NCBI GenBank assembly: GCA_964016885.1
Contig: OZ024741.1
Span: 206,646,001 to 206,710,000, forward strand
DNA: 64,000 nt
Direction of reading: 5' to 3'
Origin: Eledone cirrhosa
Lineage: Eukaryota
In this document: piece after piece, positions 39,990 to 54,692 of the stretch
How positions within the stretch are numbered: position 1 is the first letter of the stretch
Layout of the letters: each line of letters starts with the position of its first letter
Notes under the pieces: generated by a model
What the model saw: the letters and a program-made list of their open reading frames with translations, nothing else
Told to the model about the DNA's origin: nothing
Databases searched by the model: none
Translations under genes and position numbers: made by a program

Positions 39990-41280
39990 TATTCAATTCT
40001 TTATCAATTTAGAATCTTTTCTCAAAGGCACATATACATACACCTCTTTAAAATATACCCATCTACCTTACTTTAAAGGGCATTATACACTCTATAATAC
40101 TCGTTTACTTATTACCCTCATCCTATCTTCTCGTAAAACAATAACATTTGTTTTTGACATTTTGAATATTCATCCGCAATCATTATTATTTTTTTTCCCT
40201 CTATCATAAATCTTTTTAATCTCAATTTCATCCTTAATTTATTATTATATATATTTTTTTTAATATACACTCATATATTCTTTAAAATATACCCATCTAC
40301 CTTACTTTAAAGGGCATTATACACTCTATAATACCCGTTTACTCATCACCCTCATTATATCTCCTCGTAAAACAATAACATTTGTTTTTGACATTTTGAG
40401 TATTCATCCGCAATCATTATTATTTTTTCTCTCTATCATAAATCTTTTTAATCTCAATTTCATCCTTAATTTATTATTATTTTTTTCTCCCCATCAACGA
40501 ACTCATTATTAATACATATGAATTCAATATAAAAACTTTAACTTCACATTATTTTTCTCAAATCCTTCTACACATAAACTTTTTCTATTTGCTAATTTTA
40601 AAATTTTAAAATTCCTACATTTCTTCTTTTGACGTTAGAATATTCACCACAATTATTATTTTTTTCTCTCTATCTCCATACATAATTTCCCTTCGTTATT
40701 TTTTTTCTCTCTATCTCCATACATAATTTCCCTTCGTTAATTTTTTCTCTCTATCTCCATACATAATTTCCCTTCGTTAATTTTCAAATTCCTTTAATTT
40801 ATACATTATCTTCCAACGGTTCCCAACCTCTCTATATTAAAACATTATATCTTTTTCTCAGTTATAAAAACTATCTTTTTCTCTCTATCACCCATCTCTC
40901 CCTTTCCACCTTCACTCTCATCTCCTCCCCTTTTTTTCATCCTTTCCACCCCCACCCCTCCCTAAATATAATATATTTTTTCCTCGCACATATCCTCCCT
41001 TCGTTAATTTTCAAAATTTTTAATTTATACAGTATCTTCCAACGGTTTTCAACCCCTCTATATAAAATATATCTCCTCTCAGTTATAAAAACTATCTCTT
41101 TCTCTCTATCACCCATCTCTCCCTCTCATCTCCTTCCCTTTTCATCCTTTTCTCTCCCCCCCCTCTCTAAATAAAATATTTTTCCCAATATCACACATCA
41201 ATCTAAAACCACTTTTCATATGTTGATTTAAAACTGCACTATCAACAAGTGTTTTTTTAGCCTTCATATCATGTTCTCCT

Positions 41281-41349
41281 GTTTTATCTGATGAAAACAC
41301 AAATATTATTGTTTGATGATGTTTGTTTTTGAAATGCGCATAATAAAAT
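41281..41349 (+). ncRNA. Type I hammerhead ribozyme with palindromic stem III, PLE copy 3
   Basis: GTTTTAT-CTGATGA-aaacacaaatattat(tgtttg)atgatgtttgttttt-GAAA-TGCGCA-TA-ATAAAAT. Confidence 0.88.
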
Positions 41350-41471
41350 ATATTGAACTCCTTTAACCATCTTTTGATCTTATATTATGCATACTCCAGT
41401 CCCACAAACTGTAGAGTGCTTCTTATCCGATATCTGCATTGCTTTATTGTACTACAATAAAACTCACCTCC

Positions 41472-41517
<46 letters not shown>

Positions 41518-42585
41518 GAAGTTATATTTAATTTGTTGGGATACAACAAGCAAATATTTTTATAACTAATATAAAGCACTCAACAAATCTTTGGAGTAAA
41601 AATACAATATATTAACAAATGGAAACTATATTTATAAAACCATATTTATTTAAGTTAAAACAATGAAATAAAAATCAAGTCATTAGAGATATACTTCACT
41701 GCTTTACGATTGTTTCTAGATGTTGATAATACATTGTATCTATACTCAATTATTGATCTATGTAAGTTTACAAACTATCAGATAGAGAGAATATTTACTT
41801 ACATGCATATCACCAGCTGTTTTCAAAAGCAATAATAATTTTATTCAATAATAAATTTACTCAGAATTAGTAGCATGTTAGTATCATGTTCTTATTTGGA
41901 GTTAGTTGAAGAACTAACGAATCAAATTGTTTTTTACATATGGTATTAAGATGAAAAGTAATACACTTTAGTTGAGGTCATGACCCTTTGAAAGTAATAG
42001 TTAAAGGGTGTTAGTAGAAATGGCATAACAATCTATTAGGAAGGAAGGGATTGTCAAACTGATAGCTGAATGTATCTTGTATAGTTAATTTAAAAGGAAT
42101 GTCAAAATAAATGGTGATTAGTGTTGTATTGAGTTTTAAGGTGAATATAAATTAATGTTATGGCTAGGAAAGATAGTATATTAAAAGATGAAAATTATAA
42201 TAAGATAATGCAATATAGTAATGCGATAATATACAACTTAACCAACACAATATAGTACGGTGTGGTAAATTGCACTTAGTATAATATAACATATTATGCG
42301 CTCTAAAATATTACTAAGTATGTTTATGCATAAACAATCAAACTCAGATAAGTACATGTTGGCATAGTTAAAACACATAACTTTCATAGTCTACAAAGTG
42401 CATATATCCACACTATATATATAGAGAGGTACAGTTATATTGATATCTAACCAAAATATACATATGTACAAATAGATGCAAACCTAAATACACATACACA
42501 CGCATGCATATAATCATATATATACATATCCATACATATCTATATCCACACACACACATCTATACCCGCATATATACATATACAC

Positions 42586-42616
<31 letters not shown>

Positions 42617-42845
42617 CATATACACATATATATATATACACACACACACACTCATACATACATACATATATACATATACATACATATACACACACACACA
42701 TACATACATATATACATACACATATACACACATATACACATATATATATACACACACACACACACTCATACATACATACATATATACATATACATACATA
42801 TACACACACACATACATACATATATACATATATACATACACATAT

Positions 42846-42886
<41 letters not shown>

Positions 42887-43061
42887 ACACACACACATAC
42901 ACACATATATATATACACTTGTGTGAGTATATGTACACTCCTCTTACGTGTGCACATACTCATATATAAACATTCATACACCTTTACTCACATATCCACA
43001 CATACAAACACACACACACATATATATATATACATATATATATATATACATATATATATAC

Positions 43062-43120
<59 letters not shown>

Positions 43121-43444
43121 GACATATACATATATATACATACATACACATACACACATACATATACAAACATATATACATATATATATATATACACAAA
43201 TATACACACACATAAATATATTTCCATATCATACATAGATGTAAATTTTTACTCATGCAATTACAGGTGGTTGTGTATCTTGTTGCCTTTAGTCATTAAC
43301 GCATAAATCTAAGGAAGCTAAAACATTAAAAGGCAAACATAAGCTTGAAAGCATACAATTAGAGGAAAGAGGTACTGATAAATGTTATTCTATACCGAAT
43401 TATAGTGAGTTGCTATTTAGAATATTTAATTAGGTTTATAGTAT

Positions 43445-44080
43445 TTAATTAGGTTTATAGTATGTAAATGTTTTTCGTATACGGTGATTACAGACTATGA
43501 TCAATTCCTGTCTTTTATTTAATAAATCGTCCTTAGATTTAGTAATTTCCTTGATCTCTCCTGAACATAATCTGCATTCCCTCCTGTTCCCAAGATATGG
43601 AGTTTTTTGTAGAATGGTGTTCCACGATAACTTGAAATCTATTTTTTTCTTTTTATAATTATTTACCGCTTCAGCTAAAGATGTGGTGTTTTCTAGTTTA
43701 GTATTGTTGAAACTACTAGAGTGTGCGTAAAATCTTTTCTTAAATGTGTTTGATGTAGATCCTATATTTGTTTTGTTGGAGTTTGTAGTAGACACAGTGC
43801 ATTTATATATTACATTATTAATCAAACAGTTTCCATTTAAGGGGCAAATGCTTCTATTTCTGAAATTACAGCCATACGTAAGATGGTTTTTTGGGGTGCC
43901 TATACTATTCTCATTTATCCTTGAGCTATTCCTATTGTAATTAATGATAGCAGGAGAATGAAGGCTGCTTGGTGGGTGGTTTGGTGCTAGAGTTGTATTG
44001 TAATTTTGTGTTCTGTTGTTTTTGTGTTGGTGATTTGGGTGGTTGTGTTTTCTAGGTTGAAGGATTGTATTATTTGTCTT
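43445..44080 (-). pseudogene. PLE GIY-YIG remnant
   Basis: CNFRNRSICPLNGNCLINNVIYKCTV..NIGSTSNTFKKRFYAHSSSF..CRLCSGE. Confidence 0.82.
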
Positions 44081-44107
44081 TATATATATATATATATATA
44101 TATATAT

Positions 44108-44682
44108 TTCTCCCGTTCTTGCTTTCCTCTTTGTATAAGTATACCTTATCCAGCAACTACACAGCCCGTTTCTTCTAAAATGTATATTGAGTTTCGCTGT
44201 GACCTATCCTCTCTTTCTCCCTATCTATTGTGCTGCTATCAGCTCTTCCTCCTCTTCCTTCCTCTCCCTTTCTACCTCTCACTTTCACTCTCCATCTCTC
44301 TGCTAGCCAGTTCACTGTTTCTCTCGCCTGCTCCTCTAACTGTCTCTTTCCACTTACTCTCGCGAAGTTCAGACGTGTTTTTTTTTCTCTCATCCACACC
44401 ACCTCGAAATTATGTTCAGTAATTGGTGTCGATTTTAATTTTTCGCTTTCTTCCAGTTGCTCACACAAATGTGTTTTGGGTTTCCCTCTTCGGTTTGTTG
44501 CTTCCTGTTTTTTTTGCTGTTTTTTCTTTTCTCTTCCTTCTTCCCTTCTGTTACTATTTTTTCTCTCTCCCTTTTTTTCCCAATAACTTCCTTGAGTTAT
44601 TGACGCCCTGGGGCGAGACATATTGTCTTTAATGCGCCTTTATAAGTACACCTTATCCAGCAACTACATAGCCCGTTTATAC
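44108..44682 (+). repeat. Non-coding 1.1-mer (507-bp period) between simple repeats
   Basis: tataagta.accttatccagcaactaca.agcccgttt at 44134 and 44641. Confidence 0.7.
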
Positions 44683-44741
44683 TTACACACACACACATAC
44701 ATATATATATAACAATATATATGTATATATATGTATACATT

Positions 44742-44860
<119 letters not shown>

Positions 44861-45233
44861 ATATATATATATACGTAGCCCACTATATTAGCTTTTCTGG
44901 CATCACTCTTGAATACTGGAGTTTCCATCCTTCATCCAAATGTACGGTACCACAGCCACAGAACTTTATTCAGGAAAACCTTGACCTATTCGACTAGTAA
45001 GGGTTGTAACGTTCCATTTGTCAACTGTTAATGTTTGCTCACTTCTGGACCCCCTCTTGTAGTGTCGAAGATATGCAGTCTTTCTGTATCCATCCTATGC
45101 AGGCCTATTGATAGTTTTTTCGACGTTAGATGGGGAATTCTTCGCAACGGGTCCTTTGTTACTCCGATCATCCTGTGAGTACACAGGTGAAACTCAAGAG
45201 TAACTAAACTCATTACTTAGACATAATAAAGAA

Positions 45234-45432
45234 TACAACGTCGGCTGAATAGTTCACAGGATGTCTATGAAGGATTGATGCTAGAGATGCGAAATCTTGC
45301 TTGTATTCATTTCAACTCTTCTTATTAATAATTGCATTGCTACTATCCAGGGTCTATGTTGAAAAATAAACCTCATTTGGGCATTCTATAAGAGTGTTGG
45401 TCAGCCTATGAACTTTTCAGTCGACCCTCGTA
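45234..45432. mobile_element. Tc1/mariner-type MITE
   Basis: TIRs tacaacgtcggctgaatagttcac / tatgaacttttcagtcgaccctcgta; homologue of 21701. Confidence 0.72.
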
Positions 45433-45771
45433 TTAAAAAGCTCCTCATAACTTTGGTATGAAGTCGTTGGTGATAATTGTTCTATAAATACTCTTGTGTC
45501 TCTTTCGATATCGAAACTCCCGTGAAAATCTCTTTATGTTTCTAAAATACCTCAGTCAAATCTAATAAACTAATTAACGTGTAAGTGACTGTATTTTCCA
45601 TAGTTACGTATTGCCCGATCTGGTGCAGTAATGCGCCACCTTCAGCACTCGGTAATCAAAAGAGAGAAGGTGGGTATAAAAGCCAAACTCGCTATCTTCA
45701 ATTCGGTATTCAGTCCAATCCTTACATATGGTCAAGAATCTTAGGTATTGACCGAAAGAATACAAGTGGAC

Positions 45772-45872
45772 GAAGAAGAAGAAGAAGAAGAAGAAGAAGA
45801 AGAAGAAGAAGAAGAAGAAGAAGAAGAAGAAGAAGAAGAAGAAGAAGAAGAAGAAGAAGATGATGATGATGA
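45772..45872. repeat. (GAA)n-(GAT)n microsatellite
   Basis: Direct reading. Confidence 0.95.
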
Positions 45873-46083
45873 TCCGTAACGTAATTCTGGTGGGAATTCA
45901 GTGTGAAACAGAGTGTTGGTGCAATCCACATAAAGTGCACCAAAGCAGTTTTCTTATATCCAATTTGCATCGCAACCTTTGGATATATTTATGGCCAAAG
46001 AAACCAACGAAACCAATTCCAGAATCTCATGATTGTAAAGTGAACATATTGACCAATTTTCCATGCTTCGTAATCGGTATAAA

Positions 46084-46084
46084 G

Positions 46085-46128
<44 letters not shown>

Positions 46129-46182
46129 CTACTCCTACTACTACTACTACTAATAATAATAATAATAATACTACTACTATTT

Positions 46183-46238
<56 letters not shown>

Positions 46239-46320
46239 GCTATTACTGCTACTAATACTACAGCCAGTATTACTACTTCGACTGCTGCTGCTGCTGCTCT
46301 TGCTACTACTACTAATAATA
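46084..46320. repeat. (TAC)n/(TAA)n compound microsatellite
   Basis: Direct reading. Confidence 0.95.
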
Positions 46321-46730
46321 CCATAAACGCTCGGTTTAAGGAACGAAACAACAATGCTATCACCGGTAATATCATTCCAACTAATAGTTGCTCTGCAACA
46401 CTATCGTCAACATCATCTTTATTATTCTCATACCACCTTCTTCATCACTATCACTTGCTGCTAGCCAATTAAATAAGACGTTCAGTTCGTTGGTCAGGCG
46501 GAAAGTATCGGTATGGCTTAATATTACAGCGTCACGCTTCACTGAATCACTCCTGCTTTCATTACAGTGTCTTGGTTCATTGCATCTTCTCAGTCTTCTC
46601 CACTACTCTTTCCTTCAGGAAACATGGTCACTGTTGAGAATACCATTTTAGAAGCCACGTTTTTGTGTGCTTCATAGTTTTCATTCATTCTCACCATCTA
46701 TATCTCTGTCTGTCTATCTATCTATCTATC

Positions 46731-48999
46731 TTTCCATACGAACTGTATTTAAGTATGCCGAACTTGTTCTTCGATCACCTCGAAGCGGTCTACTGGAACT
46801 GGCAACATAACGGGAGAATTCTCTGTTCTGTGACCAAGGGCGTAGTCTCGCTAGTGAAGAAGGACGAGAACAAGGGATGAAATAAGTAATTTTAGGCCCA
46901 TAACACTGCTAAATGCAGAGTTAAAGATTTTGGCAAAGGTGTTAGCAAAGAGGTTGGCGCTTGTCGTGGGAAACCTGTTGGGAGATGCGCAGACATGCGC
47001 CATACCGTCCAGGTCCATTCACGACAACCTCCATCTCATGCGATACATCATAGAGAGGGTTGGGAACGAACCCGGCTTTGGTGGGGCCCGGATCAACTTG
47101 GATCAATCTAAGGCGTTTGATAGGGTTGAACATCGTTACCTGGATGCGGTGCTAGTGGCGGCAGATTTCGGACCCGTTTTCAGGGGCTGGATCACTGCCA
47201 TGCACAGCAGCCGCATCTGCTCTAGAGTCAAGGTGAACGGCTACCTCTCGGAGCCGTTCGAAATCACGCGGTCCATCCGACAGGGATGCCCTCTCTCCTC
47301 CCTTCTGTATGTATTGGCCCTAGAGCCACTGCTGGGAAGTTGGAGTTGTTACAGGGCATCCCTTTGGAACCGGGATTGCGGAAAGCGGTGTCGGCCTACG
47401 CCGACTACGTGACAGTAATGGTGTCAACCGCATCGGAAATCGGAGTAATCGGCACCTTACTGGAGGAATACGAAACGTTTACAGGGGCTAAGCTGAACCG
47501 GGACAAGTCAGTCGGTTTGCAACTCGGCGAGTGGAGGGGCAAAGCGATGGCCTCCAACGGCGTCGTCGGACGTTGGACGCAGGGCCCGGTGAAGTTGCTC
47601 GGGGTCTGGTTCGGGCCAGACCTCCAGGTGGAGAAGAACTGGGGTGAGGTATCGTACAGGGTGTTTGCGCTGACGCGGAAGTGGGCTGAGTGCAAACTAT
47701 CCCTGAAAGGTCGGGCGGAGGTGGCGTACGCTTATATAGCGTCCGTCATCTACTACCGCCTGACCGTCGTGCCTTGCCCAAGGGAAACGCTCACCAAAAT
47801 GGAGCGCGCACTCTTCCAATCCTTTGCAAGAAGCGGGCTCCTTTGGTGAGGAGATTCATCTGCTGTCAACACCCTTCGAAAGAAGGGCTGAGGATGCCGT
47901 GGCTGTCGATGCGTAAACACGCATAAAGGCTACGGCACCTCCAGGTATTCCTCACCGGTCAACCGGTGTGGCGAGTGGTTTGTGAGGCGAGCCTTCCCGA
48001 GACTCGTCTCGCTCACCGAGCTGCAGTCCTGGGTCAAGCAAAGACCGAGAAAACTGGGCGCCTGGCACACTGAGTGTGCCCAGGCGCTCACGGCTCTCTG
48101 GCGGACCCGGCTATCGGTGGAGACTCCACCTCGTCATTCTATAGAGGGCTGGTGGTTAGTAGGTGCGACGACGCCCTCGGACAAGCCCTAGGCATGGAGG
48201 GAGACGAACTGGTTAGCCTATTCGGGAGGACATTTGGCCCGGTATCTATGGACAACTTCCAGAAGTCCCTGGCCAGGCAGTGCTACCGAGGGCCGCTGCC
48301 CGTTCAAGAAAAGCTCTACAGGCACGGGCACCCGGGTAGGGACCCCTCGAAAAAAATCTGTCCCAGATGCGTGCGCGACGAGGAAACCGTTGCGCACGCA
48401 TTGGTACACTGCTCGGGCGTTGCCGATCAGTGGGGCTATGTCGAACGACTGCTGTCACGGGTGGGACCAATCCGGTTGACCACTGAGTCCATTGTAACGA
48501 TCAAGCCGCCTCCCCCCTTCAAAAATGAAGGAGAGGCGGTCTTCCTCTGTGTAATAGCCATGGTGAAAGAGGTGGTATGGTGGACACGTTTGAAAGGGCT
48601 GAGGTCGGACACCTTTCTCTCCGGCCAACAACGGGTCCTTTTCTTTAAATACCATTTTAAGAGAAGGATCAGAATGGAAAGAGAGGTGCTCTACCCCAGC
48701 AAGTTTTATGAAAGGTGGGTGAAAGTAGCGAGAATGGCCCGTGTGAATGGGCCTTCTCTCTATATCTGCCTGTAGGTGGAAAGGTGGAAGTGCAAAGCAG
48801 CACCCCCTCTTTGTGCTCCTAAGGAAAAGGGTTGCACACTTTTTCGGGGGTGTGTGTAACCCCCAAAACGCCTCCTCCCTATTGAGGACTGTATTGTTAA
48901 TTTTATATTTGATATTTGTTTTTTTACTCGTTCCTTTATGTAACCCCCCCACTTGTATTTTCCCCCTTTTTTGTGCCCTTGTGGCAAATAAATAGAAAC

Positions 49000-49000
<1 letters not shown>
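46731..49000 (+). mobile_element. Tx1/L1-like retrotransposon unit A (5'-truncated, degraded ORF2 ending at 48775)
   Basis: LDQSKAFDRV, IRQGCPLS, YADY, CPRC..H..C; begins after (TATC)n and ends in (TATC)n. Confidence 0.92.
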
Positions 49001-49051
<51 letters not shown>

Positions 49052-49082
49052 ATATCCATCTATCTATCTATCTATCTATCTA

Positions 49083-49223
49083 TATTTTATTTTGTTATAT
49101 TTTATTTTATTTTTATATTTTGTTATTGCCTCCTCCTTATTGAGGACGCCTTGTTATATAAACTCCCCCCATTGTACTTGTCCCACTTTTTGATGCCCTG
49201 GTGGCAAATAAAAAGAAAATGAT

Positions 49224-49224
<1 letters not shown>
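49083..49224 (+). mobile_element. Unit A': 3'-UTR-only Tx1-like copy
   Basis: ctccttattgaggac...aaactcccccc...gccctggtggcaaataaa between two (TATC)n tracts. Confidence 0.8.
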
Positions 49225-49292
<68 letters not shown>

Positions 49293-52200
49293 CTACTTGA
49301 CCAGCAGGTAGTAGCAGACATGGACAAAGGAAAGCCAACATTATCGCCTCAATATTTAGAAGAGGAACAAGCTTCAGTTGCTTGTAAGCAACTGAACACG
49401 CCTGACGTCACAAACGTCACATGTATCCACGCAACAAAAGGAATCATTGGCAACACAACGAATAAGACCATCATCACCACCAACAACAACAATAACACAA
49501 TTTCATTTGCAGCAACAGTTGCTAAGCAACAGGATTTTTAATACTACTCCATGGACATTTCCCAAAAGTCCCAATATTTGGAAGAAGCTTCCAACTATGT
49601 GACGTTTGAGGGAGACACCCCACACATACACATACCCCCACAAGTAAGAGAAATGACACAGAAAAAGAAGCTAATTTATAGAACAGTTGACATCACTACC
49701 AAAAAACCCATAACACTCCCAACAAGCACTATCGAAGCTGAACTAAAAGACATCAAGCCAAAGAGGTAAACAGTATGGAAGTGTGTCAGTGCTCTCTAAG
49801 AGCGAAACTTTGGCACAAAACACTCGGTTCACCCAATAAAAACGGATCAACACATCTTCTTCCCCACATACATGGGAAGAAGATCCTACAAAATAAAAAT
49901 AACCAGGATCCCAACAGAGGTTAACATATGGTGGATCCTACGCTGCATCCTGAAGAAGGATGAGGACACCCTCCTATCTCTAGACAGGACAGACTGGCAT
50001 AACTGGTTTGGAACCTGCATCGAGGTTCTGGTACAAATGAGGCCAGAGAGAGTTGAGAAAATACCGGACAGTATCGTCCTTGAGGAAGATGTCATCTCCA
50101 TTTTAGTGGAGTGGAAAGACCTCAGTGCCATAAGTGTGGGAAACCCACACTCTTAAAGGCCTTTTGCCCTCTCTTAAACAAACCGAGGACAAACAAGGTG
50201 TTATTACCAACACCAAACCCCCAACATCAACACTCCAAACCAAACACAACACAAACACCTGCAACATCCACTCCCACACCACCACAGACCAGAGACAGCC
50301 ACACACAAAATCCCACTGAAAAACCCTCCATTGCCTCTTCCCCTCTGTCAAATACTTCCACAAACCCCTGCACAAACACTCCACCACACAAAATACCCCT
50401 CCCATATACCCCTGATTCAGAAGTCTCAGATACGGGAACCTCTACATCTTCAAGTGAGAATGAAGAGGAACTCCAAAAATTCAAAAAACAAAAAAGACAC
50501 AAAAAAAAACACAAAACATCTACAGAAAACACGCACACACGCAACCCCACCATAAACACACCGCCACAAATGACAAACACACCAACAGCACAATCACCAT
50601 CAACACAACCAAACACTTCACCAACAAAACAAACACCCACACCACCACAATCACAAACTCCAACCACAAAAAGAAAACTACAAACAAAAACAGTACACAT
50701 AAAAAACAAAACACTACACATACATAAAAACAAGAAACAAAGAACTGGTGGAAACTGTCCGAAAGGACCCCACAATACAAACGGAAGGGAACACCTTCCC
50801 CACCAACGACCCGCCCCCAAACCTCAAACTTATCAGGGTAACAACCCTACAGTATGAAACTTTAAAAGAGAACTTCCCACATTATGTGCCCCCCCCCGCC
50901 CTTGCCAAAATCCCCTTTACCGTGTCCCGCTAAAAGGATTCCCTCCCTCACCAAACACCACCAATCTGGACTTAGAGATCGAACAACCCGATCTCCAGGA
51001 AACGAAAAGGTTAGTATTCCTGCCTTTTCTCTCCTTAACTCTACTTCACTAATATGGCGACTATACAAGCTGGATGTTTGAATGTACGTGGCTTGGGCAT
51101 GTCCTGGAAACAGGGCCAGCTTTTCAATGATCTCAGCTCACATTGTATAGATGTGATAGCCAACACCGAGTCCAGAATTCACGACAAGCAGCAGCTAACC
51201 CCCAAGTTCGATGATTTTGAGATCTACGCATCTCTCTGTCAGCCAGGACGTGGAGGGGGATTTGCTGTTCAGTTTCGAAAAAAATTGGATCTCAAAATAC
51301 AGACGATTCACTTGGACCCGGAGGGCAGCCTGGTGGTCATGGACGTCAATGGTAGTGAAGGTGGAGCTTTCAGACTGGTGGTCGTATATGCCTCGACTGG
51401 GACATCGCGACCAGAGTTCTTCAAGCGTCTGGAGCCATTCCTGGGAACATCTCGCTCCTTAGTGTTAGCGGGGGACTGGAATGGCATCTTAGACGCACGT
51501 TGAGACTATGTAGGAGCTTGTGATAATAGAGGGGGGTGTAATAGCCTCAAAAATCTCATCAGCCAATTCTAACTGGCTGATAGATATCGACTAGACTTCC
51601 CAAGTGCACCACTGTGGACACGGAGCAACCGCACTGGATCTTCTAGATCGTATTTAGATAGATTTTTAATTAGACAGAATGATAAGGAAACATTAAGCTG
51701 TCCACAAATAGTTGCCTATTCAGACCACAAATTAGTCACCTGCGTAGTCAACCTTGATAGAAAACATAGACAGGGACCCGGATACTGGAAGCTAAACATG
51801 TCGCACCCGGCACGTAAGGCCTACAGTAAACGGATTAGCACCTTAGTTAAGTGCCAGTTGACGAGGGCGATCGTCAACAACAGGTGGTGGAGCTCTCTCA
51901 AAAGAGCAATTAGAATAGAATCAATAGCATTTAGTAAGGAAGTAGCTTTAGAAAAAAACAAAACTGAAATGGAACTGGTAGCTAAAATAGAAGAGGCACT
52001 TAGGAATGGCAGTACAGCTGACGTGTTAGCGGCGAGAACGGCACTTGACCAGTTCTTCAACGTGAAACACGAAAGTTGTATTGTCAGAAGTAGAACACGT
52101 GCTCCAAGAAACGAGGGAGCCAAAGGTGTTAGCTGGGCCCGAGTGGCAGAGGCGAAAAGTGGCAACAAACCCATAATTCGGTCTTTGCAAGACAAAGATG

Positions 52201-54692
52201 GTCGCATTATACTTGAATCCAAGCAGATGTGCGCGGCCTTCCAGCAGCATTTTGCACAACTGTTCGAGCAAAGCGGTACATCGAGCGAAGTGATGGACTC
52301 AGCTCCTATTTCGGTGGCGTACCGCGACTCTAGAGCACGGATGCGGAGAACTGCGAAAGGCCAATCACAGCGGGCGAAATAGAAGATGCCCTAGGCCACT
52401 CCGGGAAACGCAAATCACCCGGTTTAGATGGTCTAGCCTATAAGTTTTACATAGGCATGTCGGACCTGTTCTCTGGCGTCCTCGAAGCGGTCTACTGTAA
52501 CTGGCAGCAGAACGGTAGGATTCCGAGTTGTATAGGCAGAGGCGTAGTAACGCTGATCAGGAAAGATGAGAACAAGGGGTATGAGATAAGCAATTTCAGG
52601 CCCATAACTCTGCTCAACACAGAGTTAAAGATTTTGGCCAAGGTGTTAGCAGCAAGGCTGGCGCTTGTCGTCGAGAACCTTGTAGGGGAAGCCCAAACGT
52701 GTGCAATCCCGACCAGGTCCATACACGACAACCTCCACCTCATGCGATACATCAGAGAGAGGGTAGGGTGTAAACCTGGCTTTGGTGGGGCTCTGATCAA
52801 TTTAGATCAGTCTAAGGCATTAAATAGGGTCGACCATCAATACTTGGAAGCAGTTCTCAAGGCGGCCAGCTTCGGTCCCGTCTTCAGAGGCTGGGTCACT
52901 GCCATGCACACCAGCATCTGCTCGGCAGTCAAGGTGAATGGCTACCTATCAAAGCCATTCCAAATCATGCATTCCATCCGTCAGGGATGCCCTCTCTCCT
53001 CCATTCTGTATGTACTGACACTCGAGCAATTACTGCGGAAATTGGAGCTGTTGCAGGGCATCCCGATCGAACCAGGACTGCGGAAAGCAGCGTCAGCCTA
53101 TGCCGACGACATAACGGTAATGGTGTGTCGAAAACCTCGGAAATCAGGGTATTCGGCAACCTCTTACAGGAATACGAAACGTTGACAGGAGCAAGACTAA
53201 ACCCAAACAAGTCTGTCGGTTTTCAACTCGGCACATGCAGAGGCAAACCCATGCCATCCGACAGTGTCGTTGGACGCTGAACGGAAGGACCGGTGAAATT
53301 ACTCGGGGTCTGGTTCCGTCCAGACCCCCAGGTGGACAAGAACTGGAATGAGGTCACGGCGAAGGTGTTTGCACTCACCCAGAAGTGGGCTGAGTGCAAA
53401 CTCTCCTTGAAAGGTCGAGCGGAGGTGGCGAACACTTACATAGCGTCCGTCATCTACTACCGCTTGACAATCGTGCCTTGCCTCCGCGAATACCTTACCA
53501 AAATGGAACGCCTACTCTTCAAGTTCCTCTGGAAAAAACAGGCTCCATTGGTGAGATCCATCTGCTGTCAACACCCTTCTAACGGATGGCTGGGCATGCC
53601 GTGGCTGATGATGCGCAAACATGCGCTGAGGCTACGCCATCTCCAGATATTCCTGACCGGTGAACCGGTGTGGCTGTCGTTTGTGAGACAAGCTCTTCCA
53701 AAACTCGTCTCACTAACAGAGCTGCAGTCCTGGGTCAAGCGAAGACCGAAAATGGGTGCCTGGTACCTCGAGTGCCTACAGGCGCTCACAGCCCTCCACC
53801 AAGCGGAAACAGCAATCAGCGGAGACTCCACTTCGACATTCTATATGGGATTAGTGGGGGATAAGTGCGACGACGTTTTCGGGGAAACTCTAGGCATCGA
53901 GGAGGACGAGCTGACCAGTCTGTTAGGGAGGACTTTCCGTCCAGGGCCTATGGATAACTTCCAGAGGTCTCTGGCCTGGCAGTGCTACCGAGGAGCTCTA
54001 CCAGTTCGAGACAAAATCTTCAGGCACGGACGCCCTGGCAGAGATCCTGCCAAAAAGACCTGTCCAAGATGCGAGCAAGACATCGAAACCGTTCTGCACG
54101 CAATTGTTCAGTGCCCAGGGGTGATCGACCTGTGAAATTATGTCGAACAGCTACTGTCATGTGTGGGACGCATCCAGTTGTCAGCTGAGTCCATCTCCGC
54201 CACCTTTTTCGCGGTTTTCCTCTGTCTGGTGTCTATGGAGAAAGAGGTAATATGGTGGACGAGGTTAAAAGGACTGAGGGAAAACACCTTTCTCTCCGGA
54301 CAACAACTTATTCCCTTCTTTAAGTATCACTTCTGAAGGAAGGTGAGAGTGGAGAGAGAGGTGCTACACGCCAGTAAATTCGTTGAAAGGTGGGTGAATG
54401 TGGTAAAAATGGCCCGAGTGAATGGGCCTTCTCTGTATATAAATCTGTAAGTTGAGGAAGATAGGAACACCTACAAAACGTGTTCTTGGTGTTGAGGGTT
54501 GTTCTGCCCACGGGGTGTAAAACAACCCTGCAGTAACGTCCCCCCCCCTCCCTACTGGGGATTTCAATTGTCATTTTATTATATATAGTTTATTGTTATT
54601 TATTAATGTTAAAGTTATTTTTATGTAAAACCCCCGCCGTCACGTCTTGTAATGTCCCATTTTTGTACGCCCCTGTGGCAAATAAAGAAAGA
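49293..54692 (+). mobile_element. Unit B: near full-length degraded Tx1-like element (ORF1 49320-~51050, ORF2 51054-54450)
   Basis: ORF1 remnants homologous to units D and E (FPTYMGRR, LVQMRPER); ORF2 CLNVRG, GDWN, SDH, YADD; multiple stops and frameshifts. Confidence 0.92.

Larger units (their letters stand above)
31433..41476. mobile_element. Young Penelope-like element insertion: full copy (-), tandem partial copy (-), inverted partial copy (+), flanked by (TA)n
   Basis: Three near-identical 1.4-kb 3'UTR/pLTRs (31433-32829, 35597-36994, 39990-41385); RT and GIY-YIG ORFs; inversion junction at 38216/38217. Confidence 0.95.

Noticed and set aside
45585-46375. Poly-R/S/L/Y/V ORFs (also 28114-28513)
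   Set aside because: Trinucleotide microsatellite artefacts
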